Assembly: GCA_965215605.1 (NCBI GenBank)
Contig: OZ244070.1
Location: 3,456,001 to 3,520,000 of the forward strand
Direction: 5' to 3'
Source: an uncultured Candidatus Binatia bacterium
GTDB lineage: Bacteria; Desulfobacterota; Binatia; UBA9968; JAJDTQ01
Length of the DNA stretch: 64,000 nt
The translations under genes and the position numbers were made by a program. The notes under the pieces were generated by a model, which searched no databases, was not told the DNA's origin, and saw only the letters and a list, made by a program, of their open reading frames with translations. Below, one piece after another: positions 55,253 to 64,000 of this stretch (position 1 is its first letter; each line of letters opens with the position of its first letter).

Positions 55253-56433
55253 TGCGCTTGCGGATCAGAGCCTCGGCCAACCTGCTCTATACACTATCCG
55301 CCATCTGCATGGCCTCGGGCGCCATCGGCGCCTCCATGCTGGCGCCCTTCTACATGGACGCCAGGGGTTTCCCGTTGGCGGTGGTGGGCATGCCCCTTCT
55401 GGTCAACGGCGTCGGCGCCCTGTGCTCCGACGTCGTGTCCGGCACACTGGCTTCCTACTTCCGGTCGAGCTTCCTGTTGCTGGCGTCGGTGGTCATCGCG
55501 GTGGTCACGGCGCTTCTGGGTTATGCTTTCGAGGACAGCCTGACCGTTTTCCTCGTGGCCTTCACCATCCTGGGCCTCACCGAGGCCATGTTCAGCCTCG
55601 CCATCCGGCGCATCGTGTTCGTGCAGTCCACTCCCGACCAGCAAGGAAAGGCCCAGGGACAGGTGGCGGCGGCGCTGGGGCTCGGCTTCGCCCTGGGCCC
55701 CACCATGGGCGGGTTCGTGGGCGAGTGGTGGGGGCTCGACAAGCTGTTCCTGGTGGTGGCGGTCCCTCAGAGCGTCAGCCTGGTCTTCATCCTGCTGGCC
55801 CGGGGGCACCGCACGGAAAAGCCGGTGGAGCGCAGTCCGCTGCCGCTGTGGCGGGTGGGCACGGGCCTGCTGGCACAGCCCGGCTTTCTCGGCGCCACCC
55901 TCGCCATCTTCCAGTCGTTCCTCTGCCTCATCGGCGTCACCCGCATCGCCTTTCCGTTCCTGGCGGTGCGGCGGGGCCTGTCCCTTGACATCATCGGCAC
56001 CATGGTGAGCATCTCCCGCCTGACCGACACCGCCGGGAGGCTGGGAGGCGGATGGCTCTCGGACCGAATCGGCACCCGCACGGTGATCCTCCTGGGAGTC
56101 TTCGTCACCGTGCCGGCCTTCGTCCTTCAGATCTTCGGCCACGGCTACATCGCGTTGCTGCTGCCGCTGTGCCTGATGACCGCCGGCTTCGGCCTCTCCA
56201 ACGTCGGCTCCACCACCCTCGCCCTTCAAGTCGCCGACGACTCCAGCAAGGGCGTGGCCCTCGGGCTGATCCGCGGCGGCACCTCCTTCGGCCGCATGAT
56301 CGGCCCCCTCCTCGCCGGCGTTCTGGTGGCCGACCTGGGTTTCCACTGGGGATTCATCGCCCTGGGGCTGATCTCGTTGGTGATCGGCGGGGGAGTAGCG
56401 GGTTTGTTCCGGAAACAACGGCAGCCGGTGTGA
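55249..56433 (+). CDS. MFS transporter
   Basis: 'GWLSDRIGTR', 'GPLLAG'; about 12 TM; ATGA overlap. Confidence 0.85.
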   Translation: MMRLRIRASANLLYTLSAICMASGAIGASMLAPFYMDARGFPLAVVGMPLLVNGVGALCSDVVSGTLASYFRSSFLLLASVVIAVVTALLGYAFEDSLTVFLVAFTILGLTEAMFSLAIRRIVFVQSTPDQQGKAQGQVAAALGLGFALGPTMGGFVGEWWGLDKLFLVVAVPQSVSLVFILLARGHRTEKPVERSPLPLWRVGTGLLAQPGFLGATLAIFQSFLCLIGVTRIAFPFLAVRRGLSLDIIGTMVSISRLTDTAGRLGGGWLSDRIGTRTVILLGVFVTVPAFVLQIFGHGYIALLLPLCLMTAGFGLSNVGSTTLALQVADDSSKGVALGLIRGGTSFGRMIGPLLAGVLVADLGFHWGFIALGLISLVIGGGVAGLFRKQRQPV

Positions 56434-56618
56434 GATGGCGAGTTCCCTGGCAACACCTCGGTTGGCAACAGGACCGTTGGGGTCTCGTTGCAATGGCATT
56501 GGCGCGGTGTTATGCACGCTACATTGATGATCGGGCGTCGTGCGAGTGGTTTGGGCGCTTCCGGTCGTTGTGTCTGCCACCGTTGAAGGCACCGGAAGGC
56601 CAACGAGTCCTGTCAGTC

Positions 56619-57461
56619 ATGCGCAATTTCGACCTTCTTGAACCCAAAACCGTGCCGGAAGCGTGCCAAATGCTTGCCGCCGGCGACGATGTCCGCCCCG
56701 TCAGCGGCGGGACGGCCCTCCTCATTCTCGTCAAGCAGGGCCTCCTGCGGCCTCAAACCCTTGTGAACCTGAAGAAGCTGGAGGGAGCCAACGCCATCAG
56801 CCGGGACGCCGGCGGGGCGGTACGCATCGAGGCCATGGCCACCATCCACGAGGTGGAGACCTCCCAGGTGGTGAGGGAGCATTTGCCGGTGCTGGCCGAG
56901 GCTTGCCACCAGGTGGCCAACATCCGCATCCGGCACCTGGCTACCATCGGCGGCAATCTGGCCCACGGGGACCACCAGTCCGACCCCCCGGGGGTGCTGG
57001 TGGCGCTCGACGCGGAGGTGGAGTTGAGCGGCGCGGGCGGCACGCGCACCCTCAAGCTGGCGGATTTTCTACAGGGTACCTACGAGACGGCGCTGGAGCC
57101 GGGCGAGATGGTCACGGCGGTGACGGTTCCGCCCGTGGAGGGACGGCTGGCGGGCGGCTATCTCAAGTTCACCACCGGCTCCTCGGAGGAGCGGCCGTGC
57201 GCGGGAATCACCGCCCTGGTGCGGCTGGAGGGGGACCGCCCGGTGGAAGCGCGGCTTGCGGTGGGGGCGGTGGGGCCGCGGCCCTTGCTGCTCTGCCGGG
57301 ACGACCCGACGGAGGCGGCCCTGGAGCAGATGGCCGACCGGGCCGCCGAGGAGATCGACCCGATCCCGGACCTCCGGGGCTCAGCGGTGTACAAGCGCCA
57401 CCTGGTAAGGGTCCTGGGCCGCCGCGCCCTGGCCGCGGTGTGGCAGGAAGCCTGTTCATGA
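56619..57461 (+). CDS. Xanthine dehydrogenase family FAD-binding (medium) subunit
   Basis: 'SGGTAL', 'IRHLATIGGNL', 'DLRGSAVYK'. Confidence 0.9.
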   Translation: MRNFDLLEPKTVPEACQMLAAGDDVRPVSGGTALLILVKQGLLRPQTLVNLKKLEGANAISRDAGGAVRIEAMATIHEVETSQVVREHLPVLAEACHQVANIRIRHLATIGGNLAHGDHQSDPPGVLVALDAEVELSGAGGTRTLKLADFLQGTYETALEPGEMVTAVTVPPVEGRLAGGYLKFTTGSSEERPCAGITALVRLEGDRPVEARLAVGAVGPRPLLLCRDDPTEAALEQMADRAAEEIDPIPDLRGSAVYKRHLVRVLGRRALAAVWQEACS

Positions 57462-59779
57462 GTGCCGTTGGCGACAGCACCCAGCGGGTGGACGGCAACG
57501 CCAAGGTTTCCGGGTCCGCCCAGTACGCCGCCGACATCGAGCTGCCGGGCATGCTCCATGCCAAGGCTCTCCGCAGCCCTCACCCGCACGCCAGGCTTGT
57601 CAAGATAGATGTGAGCCGGGCGTCGGCGTTGCCCGGCGTCATCGCCGTCGTGACCCGGGACGACCTCGAAGGCCTGAACCCCTATTACGGCGCGGTGGTG
57701 GAGGACCAGCCGGTGCTGGCCATGGACCGGGTGCGCTGCGTTGGCGACATCGTGGCGGCGGTGGCTGCGGAGGAGCGGGAGATCGCGGAAGAGGCGGTGG
57801 AGCTCATCGAGGTGGAGTACGAGCCCTTGCCCGCGGTCTTCGACGTGGTGGAGGCGGCGCAAGCCGGGGCCCCCATCATCCACGAAGAGCGCTTCGAGAC
57901 CCAGGCAGCCATTTTCCGGGAGCAGCTCAACCTGAACGCCGGCGGCAATGTCTGCAGCGTGTTCCGGGCCGGTGACGGCGACGTGGACGCGGGGTTCGCC
58001 GAGGCCGACGAGATCTTCGAGAACACCTACCGCATGCCGCCGGTGCAGCACGGCCACATCGAGCCCCACGTGGCCGCGGCGGTGTGGGAATCGCCCAACC
58101 GTCTGCTGGTGCACACGCCGTGTCAGAACGCGGTGGGGCTCCAGGAGCAGTTGGCGCGGATCTTCAACCTGCCGGAGAGCGGGGTCCGGGTGGTGGTGCC
58201 GTTCGTGGGCGGCGGCTACGGCGGCAAGACCCATGCCCGGCTGGAGCCGGTGACGGCGCTCCTGGCGCGCAAGGCCAGCCGGCCGGTGCAGTGGGTGCTC
58301 ACCCGCGAGGAGGTATTCCTCACCGGCCGCCGCTACGGCGGGTTCGTCAGGATGAAGACCGGCTTCAAGCGCGACGGCCGCCTGGTGGCGCGGGAGGTGG
58401 AAGCCTTCTACGACCTCGGCGCCTATGCTCTCTCCGGGCCCGCCAACGCCAAGACGGGTTCCTACGTCGCCAGCGGCCCCTACCGGGTGCCCAACCGCCG
58501 TCTGACCACCTACGCGGTGTATACGAACCTTCCCCCTGCCGGTCCCTACCGCGGCGTGGGGGTGCCCCACGTGGCCTGGGCCTATGAATCGGAGATGGAC
58601 CGTATCGCCCGGCATCTCGGCATGGATCCTCTGGAGCTTCGGCTCAAGAATCTGGTGCAGGAGGGCGATATTTTCGTCACCGGGGAGCCGCTGGTGTCGG
58701 TGGGCATCTCCGACTGTCTCCGGCAGGTGGCGTCGGGCGTCGGCTGGCGCGGCCGGGAGGAACAGGAGGACGGCTCCGGCCAAGGGTCGTTGAGGCGCGG
58801 CAAGGGCCTCGCGGTGATCATGAAGAGCACCACCACGCCCACGGCGTCGGCGGCCAGCGTGCGGCTCAACGGCGACGGTTCGGTGATGCTGATGACCAGC
58901 AGCACCGAAATGGGCCAGGGCGTACGCACCTGTCTGGCGCAGATCGTCGCCGAGCGCCTCGGCCTGCCGGCGGACCGCGTGACCGTATCGGCGCCGGACA
59001 CCGACGTGACCCCCTATGACAAGTCCACCAGCTCCAGCCGCACCACCTTCCACATGGGCAACGCCGCGCTGCGGGCCGCCGAAGAGGTGCGCGAGCAACT
59101 GCTGGAGGCCGGCGCCCAGGCGTTGGAGGTGGACAAGGGAGACCTCGATCTCGGCGCGGGCGGGGTGCGGGTCCGAGGGGTTCCGGACCGTGGCCTCACG
59201 GTGCCGCAGTTGCTGAAGGTCAAGTACGGCGATGCCGTGGGCAGCATTTTCGGGAGCTGCAACTTCCAGGTCAAGGGCGGCCTCGACCCCAAGACGGGCC
59301 AGGGCAAGGCCGCGGCCTTCTGGTTCTTCTCCGCCTGCGCCGCGGAGGTGGAAGTGGACGTGGACACCGGCAAGGTGCGGGTGCTCGACATCGTTACCTC
59401 GGTGGACGTGGGGAAGGCCATCAATCCCCTTCAATGCTGGCTTCAGAACGAGGGTTCCATGCTGGAGGCCCTGGGAGCGACGTTCTTCGAGGAGATGGTG
59501 TTCGAGCAGGGCCAGCCGGTGAACGGCACCTTGCTGGAGTACATGCTGCCCTCCATGGAGGACCACCCGGAAAGGTTCCAGTCGCTGCTGGTGGAGACCC
59601 CCCATCCCGACGGACCGTTCGGCGCCAAGGGGGTGGGCGAGGCAGTCATACCGGCGGTGACGCCCGCCATCGGCAATGCCGTGGCCAACGCCCTGGGCGG
59701 CGTCAACATCACCGAGCTGCCGCTCCGCCCGGAGCGGATCGTGGCGGCCCTGGCCGAGCATGAAATGAGCACGAGGTAG
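57458..59779 (+). CDS. Xanthine dehydrogenase family molybdopterin-binding (large) subunit
   Basis: 'RSPHPHAR', 'VGGGYGGK', 'PYRGVG', 'EMGQG', 'GPFGAKGVGE'. Confidence 0.92.
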   Translation: MSAVGDSTQRVDGNAKVSGSAQYAADIELPGMLHAKALRSPHPHARLVKIDVSRASALPGVIAVVTRDDLEGLNPYYGAVVEDQPVLAMDRVRCVGDIVAAVAAEEREIAEEAVELIEVEYEPLPAVFDVVEAAQAGAPIIHEERFETQAAIFREQLNLNAGGNVCSVFRAGDGDVDAGFAEADEIFENTYRMPPVQHGHIEPHVAAAVWESPNRLLVHTPCQNAVGLQEQLARIFNLPESGVRVVVPFVGGGYGGKTHARLEPVTALLARKASRPVQWVLTREEVFLTGRRYGGFVRMKTGFKRDGRLVAREVEAFYDLGAYALSGPANAKTGSYVASGPYRVPNRRLTTYAVYTNLPPAGPYRGVGVPHVAWAYESEMDRIARHLGMDPLELRLKNLVQEGDIFVTGEPLVSVGISDCLRQVASGVGWRGREEQEDGSGQGSLRRGKGLAVIMKSTTTPTASAASVRLNGDGSVMLMTSSTEMGQGVRTCLAQIVAERLGLPADRVTVSAPDTDVTPYDKSTSSSRTTFHMGNAALRAAEEVREQLLEAGAQALEVDKGDLDLGAGGVRVRGVPDRGLTVPQLLKVKYGDAVGSIFGSCNFQVKGGLDPKTGQGKAAAFWFFSACAAEVEVDVDTGKVRVLDIVTSVDVGKAINPLQCWLQNEGSMLEALGATFFEEMVFEQGQPVNGTLLEYMLPSMEDHPERFQSLLVETPHPDGPFGAKGVGEAVIPAVTPAIGNAVANALGGVNITELPLRPERIVAALAEHEMSTR

Positions 59780-59788
59780 GAAGACGCC

Positions 59789-60253
<465 letters not shown>

Positions 60254-60287
60254 CGGCCGGAGCGGCCATGTAGCCGGTTCCCCACCC

Positions 60288-60316
60288 CGTCATTGCCGTG
60301 AAGACGGGAATCCAGG
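60288..60316 (+). repeat. CGTC-type palindromic repeat
   Basis: CGTCATTGCCGTGAAGACGGGAATCCAGG. Confidence 0.7.
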
Positions 60317-60359
60317 AGGGGCGGAGCGGGGAATCACGGCCGTGGCGGGAGGAACGGCA

Positions 60360-61403
60360 ATGCGCCGGATCATGGCGGGAACGCAGGAGGGCCTTCAAGT
60401 ATGGCGCGGCAAGGGGCAGGCTTGGGAGGAGCTGGACGTGGGCCTGCCTCACGGGACCGTGGACGCCATTGACGGACCGGCGCAGAGACCCGGCATCGTG
60501 TACGCCAGCGTGGCCGGGGAAGGCCTTTGCCGCAGCGATGACGGCGGGCAGCGATGGCGCACGGTCTTCTCCGGCAACATCCGCGCCGTGACCGTGGACC
60601 CCTCGGACCCCGATGTGGTCTACCTGGGCACGGAACCCATCCATCTCCACCGGAGCGAGGACGGCGGGGAAAGCTGGGAGGAGTTGACCGCCCTGCAGGA
60701 GCTGCCGTCGGAAGTGCGCGCCCAGTGGACCTATCCGCGTCCTCCTCATCGGGAGCACGTACGCCACATCTTCGTCTCCTCCGACGACCCGCGCGTGATC
60801 TACGTCTGCCTGGAGCACGGCGGCATCGTGCGGACCTTTGACCGCGGCGCTTCCTTCGAGGACGTGAGCGGCGGCATCGACTATCTCGACATCCATCACA
60901 TCAGCCATACGCCCGCCGGAGCCGGTCCCATGTTCGTGGCCACCGCCAGGGGTTTCTTCCGCAGCGACGAACCCGGCGCCGGCTGGCGGCGGGCGGAAAG
61001 CGGCATGACCCGGGACTACTTCCACGACTTCGTCTTTCTGCCCGGCAAGACGCCGGTAATGCTGGTGGCCACCGCCGACAAGTCGCCAGGCTACTGGGAC
61101 CGGCCCGAGAAGGCCCAGGGGGCGATCTTCCGCAGCCGCGACCTGGCCTCGAGCTGGGAGCGGGTGGGCGTCCACCGGGGCCTGCCGGACCGTATGGAAC
61201 AGATGGTCTGGGCGCTGACCCAATGCCCCGGCGAGCCGGGACGCGTCTATGCCGGCCTCGGCGCGGTCTCGCGCGGGCGTTCCAGCGATTCGACCCAGAA
61301 GGGGAAGGGCGAGATCCTGGTCTCCGAGGACGAAGGCGAGTCCTGGGAGCGCCTGCCCCTGGAGCTTCCGGCCAACCGGGTGCTGCTGGTGCGGCCGGAC
61401 TAG
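60360..61403 (+). CDS. BNR/Asp-box repeat beta-propeller protein
   Basis: Asp-boxes 'SDDGGQRW', 'SEDGGESW', 'TFDRGASF', 'SEDEGESW'; no signal peptide. Confidence 0.85.
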   Translation: MRRIMAGTQEGLQVWRGKGQAWEELDVGLPHGTVDAIDGPAQRPGIVYASVAGEGLCRSDDGGQRWRTVFSGNIRAVTVDPSDPDVVYLGTEPIHLHRSEDGGESWEELTALQELPSEVRAQWTYPRPPHREHVRHIFVSSDDPRVIYVCLEHGGIVRTFDRGASFEDVSGGIDYLDIHHISHTPAGAGPMFVATARGFFRSDEPGAGWRRAESGMTRDYFHDFVFLPGKTPVMLVATADKSPGYWDRPEKAQGAIFRSRDLASSWERVGVHRGLPDRMEQMVWALTQCPGEPGRVYAGLGAVSRGRSSDSTQKGKGEILVSEDEGESWERLPLELPANRVLLVRPD

Positions 61404-61433
61404 AACAGACCCGGGCGCCCTTCACCAAGAGCC

Positions 61434-62195
61434 ATGATGTACGCCGTCTTCGATATCGAGACCCGTATAGACAAGGCTCTCGTCAAGTCGGTCTACTCCC
61501 CCAAGGAGGAAATCTCCGACCGGCAAGCCTACGAGCGCCTCCGCGCCGAACGGGTGGCCGAGACCGGCAGCGATTTTCTCCCCATCTCCTTCCACGTCCC
61601 GATCTCCATCGCGGTGGGCATCGTGAACAACGACGCCGTCCTGTTGGACGTCGAGACCCTGTGCGCCGGCGACTACGGCGAGGAGGCCATCGTCCGCGAC
61701 TTCTGGGAGCGGGTGGAGCGGTTCAACGGCACCCTGGTCTCGTTCAACGGACGCAACTTCGACCTCCCGGTGCTGGAACTGCACGCCCTCAAGTACGGCT
61801 GCCGGGCGCCGCGCTACTTCAACCAGCGCTTCGGACACCGCTACCGGTATTCGGAAGAGGGCCACTACGACCTCTACGACTTCATCGGCAACCACGGCGT
61901 CAACCGTCTCCGCGGCGGCTTCGATCTCCTGTGCCGGCTCATCGGCCTGCGCGGCAAGGGAGACATTGACGGCTCCATGGTGCAGGATTTCTGGGAAGCG
62001 GGCCGGCTCGATGAAATCCACGAGTACTGCCGCCAGGACGTCATCCAGACCTATTTCCTGCTGCTGAGGGTAGAGCTGATGCGGGGCCGCATCGAACAGG
62101 GTCAGTACGATGCGGCATGGGCCGCCACCGAACGCTTCCGCGACCAACTGGCAGAGGCCAATCGGCCTGACGACGGCGGTGCGGGCCAACCGTAA
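61434..62195 (+). CDS. Stand-alone 3'-5' exonuclease, PolB-related DEDDy family
   Basis: Exo I 'FDIET', Exo II 'FNGRNFDLPVL', Exo III 'YCRQDV'. Confidence 0.88.
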   Translation: MMYAVFDIETRIDKALVKSVYSPKEEISDRQAYERLRAERVAETGSDFLPISFHVPISIAVGIVNNDAVLLDVETLCAGDYGEEAIVRDFWERVERFNGTLVSFNGRNFDLPVLELHALKYGCRAPRYFNQRFGHRYRYSEEGHYDLYDFIGNHGVNRLRGGFDLLCRLIGLRGKGDIDGSMVQDFWEAGRLDEIHEYCRQDVIQTYFLLLRVELMRGRIEQGQYDAAWAATERFRDQLAEANRPDDGGAGQP

Positions 62196-62200
62196 TCTCT

Positions 62201-63445
62201 TTACCGCTCCAGCGTCTCCTTGGCCACGAAGGCCAGCAGCAGCGCCGACAGCCAGAGAATCGGGGTCATGGCGAGAAACGGGATGCCGGGATGGAACGCG
62301 TTGGCGAGCATGCCGCCGGCCAGGGGCGCGCCCAGACCGAAGAGGTCGGCGAGGGTGCGGCGCATGGCCTGAAGGCGGCCGCGGACGTGTTGCGGCGCCA
62401 CGTCGTAGGTGGAAGTGGCAAGGCAGCCCAGGGAGAGGCCGTTGGCGATGCCGAGGACCGACAGCAGCACCGCCAGTTGCAGGAAGGTGCCGGTGAGCGG
62501 GATGACCAGGAAGATCACGGCCGGGATCACGGTGCTGGGGACCGTCGCCCATTTCCTGCCCACCTTGTCGAGCACGAAGCCCGCGGGCACGATCATGAAG
62601 AAGACCACCAGGCCGGAAATGGAGAAGAGCGCGCCCACCTGCACGGGAGTGAAGCCCAGGTACGCGCCGGCGTAGAGCGGCAGCATGCTCTGGAGCGTGA
62701 GCCGGAACATCAGGCTGGCGCCGGTGGCGACCACCAGGACCGCGTAGGTGGGTTGCAGCGACGGCTCCACCTCGCGGTAGAGGGCGGCGATGCGACCGAC
62801 CCAGTGGCGCGGTCCGAAGCCCCTGGACGCAGTCCTCATGGGAGCCCGCGGCGCTGCGCCGCTGGCCGCCGGCTTGTCCACCGTCAGACCGCACAGGGTG
62901 GCGAGCACCGACACCAGGGCGGCGGCCAGGAACACGGTGCGGAAGCCCGCGGCCACGGTGAGGAAGCCGCCCACCAGCGGCCCCAGGGTCACTCCGCTGT
63001 GGTGCACGCCGTGAAAGCCGCTCATGACCCGGCCGCGCTGGTTCTGGGCGGTCAGGTCGATGCCGGTCACCTCCCGCCCCATGGCCCACACCGCGTCGGC
63101 GGCGCCGATGACGAACAGCGCGATCAGCAATCCGGAGAAGGCGGGGCTCAGGAACGCCGCGAGCGCGGCCACGCCGGTGACGGCGGCGCCGCTCACCATC
63201 ATCACCCGCGGCCCGACGCGGTCGAGCATGATGCCGCTCACCGGGGTGCCGCAGAAGCGGCCGGTGGCCCAGGCCGTGACCGTCTGGGCCGCGGCGCCCA
63301 TGGAGATATCGAAGGATACGGCCAAGACCGGGATGGTGGGCAGCACCATGCCCCAGGCCAGTCCCGAAAACAGGGAGCTCCCGTACAACAGGAAAAAGTT
63401 GCGCAACACGCGCGGTCCGAGCCAGGTGGTCGAAGCCACGGTCAC
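62201..63445 (-). CDS. MFS transporter
   Basis: 'GIMLDRVGPR', 'GFVLDKVGRK'; about 12 TM. Confidence 0.85.
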   Translation of the reverse strand: MTVASTTWLGPRVLRNFFLLYGSSLFSGLAWGMVLPTIPVLAVSFDISMGAAAQTVTAWATGRFCGTPVSGIMLDRVGPRVMMVSGAAVTGVAALAAFLSPAFSGLLIALFVIGAADAVWAMGREVTGIDLTAQNQRGRVMSGFHGVHHSGVTLGPLVGGFLTVAAGFRTVFLAAALVSVLATLCGLTVDKPAASGAAPRAPMRTASRGFGPRHWVGRIAALYREVEPSLQPTYAVLVVATGASLMFRLTLQSMLPLYAGAYLGFTPVQVGALFSISGLVVFFMIVPAGFVLDKVGRKWATVPSTVIPAVIFLVIPLTGTFLQLAVLLSVLGIANGLSLGCLATSTYDVAPQHVRGRLQAMRRTLADLFGLGAPLAGGMLANAFHPGIPFLAMTPILWLSALLLAFVAKETLER

Positions 63446-63488
63446 AGAGCCCTTTCACCGGCCGGAAGGCGGACAGAAGCGCGGCGGC

Positions 63489-64000
63489 TCACTTCCAGGC
63501 CCCTCCCCCCAGGGTGATGGCCACCGTTCCGGTCACCACCGCGACACTGCCGCCCACCGTCCTGAGCGTCACCATCTCGATGCTGCGGAGGAAGACCACG
63601 GTGAAGACCAGCACCCACATGGGCTGGGTGGCGACCATGGGGGTCACGATGACCACCGGCCCCACGCTGAGGGCCGTGTTGAACAGGAGAAAGCCCACGT
63701 TCTCCAGGACGGCGGCCGTCAGGAACGGTTTCATGGCGCGCCGGTCCCACACGGGCCGGCCGAACCCGCGCGGCAATGCCAGGAAGCCCGCAAAGGTCAC
63801 CAGGGACACCACCCCGACGATGGCGGCGAACAGGATGGGGTAGCCCGCCGACTTGAGCGAGAAGCGGGCGATGTTGTGGACGACGGCCGCGGTAAAGGCC
63901 CCGGAGAGGGAATAGGCGCCGTGCCACCAGCGCGCCGTGGAGAGTCTCTGCTCCTCCCGCCAGGAGATCAGCACGATGCCCGCCACCACCAGGACGATGC
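63489..64000 (-). CDS. DMT/EamA family transporter, 3' part (5' end outside window)
   Basis: 'ALSVGPVVIVTPMVATQPMWV...FLRSIE' EamA C-terminal pattern. Confidence 0.8.
   Translation of the reverse strand, partial: IVLVVAGIVLISWREEQRLSTARWWHGAYSLSGAFTAAVVHNIARFSLKSAGYPILFAAIVGVVSLVTFAGFLALPRGFGRPVWDRRAMKPFLTAAVLENVGFLLFNTALSVGPVVIVTPMVATQPMWVLVFTVVFLRSIEMVTLRTVGGSVAVVTGTVAITLGGGAWK

Noticed and set aside
56499-56516. Sigma54 promoter TTGGCGCGGTGTTATGCA upstream of the Mo-hydroxylase
   Set aside because: GG-to-GC spacing is 11 nt instead of the strict 10
56052-57461. Long N-terminal extensions in the ORF track (also 23426, 41705-43528, 56663, 50871, 39163)
   Set aside because: Artefacts of choosing the most upstream start; family similarity and RBS position support the shorter starts listed
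57458-59779. Aerobic CO dehydrogenase (coxL)
   Set aside because: Lacks AYRCSFR/AYRGAGR; no coxDEFG accessory genes

Overview
High-GC, densely coding bacterial chromosome segment with no integrase, transposase, prophage or CRISPR array that I could see. The gene mix (several TctC paralogues, LLM oxidoreductase, ThDP enzymes, ring-cleavage dioxygenases, xanthine-dehydrogenase-family hydroxylase) resembles 'deltaproteobacterial'/Binatia-type heterotrophs; that taxonomy is inference only. In order: ppk2, gltX, tRNA-Ser(GCT) and tRNA-Arg(ACG) split by a small orphan gene; M1 aminopeptidase and a TonB-dependent receptor; an aromatic-acid catabolic region (~10.9-23.6 kb) with both meta-cleavage (ligAB) and ortho-cleavage (pcaHG) protocatechuate dioxygenases, a PhtC/PadC-like decarboxylase, an arylmalonate-decarboxylase-like protein and two ThDP enzymes; three tandem tctC genes facing tctAB; a Tat-less molybdopterin oxidoreductase with a fused ferredoxin-NrfD partner; a CoA-transferase pair and mrpA-G; sthA next to an SdhA-like flavoprotein with an altered active site and a lone 2Fe-2S partner; an amidohydrolase plus heme-oxygenase-like diiron enzyme; MFS transporters; and an XDH-family M-L-S trio. 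Not shown in the ORF track: two C-terminal gene remnants, dispersed CGTC-type palindromic repeats, and a pseudoknot-capable leader upstream of the TonB receptor. All family assignments are by motif recognition from memory; no searches were run.
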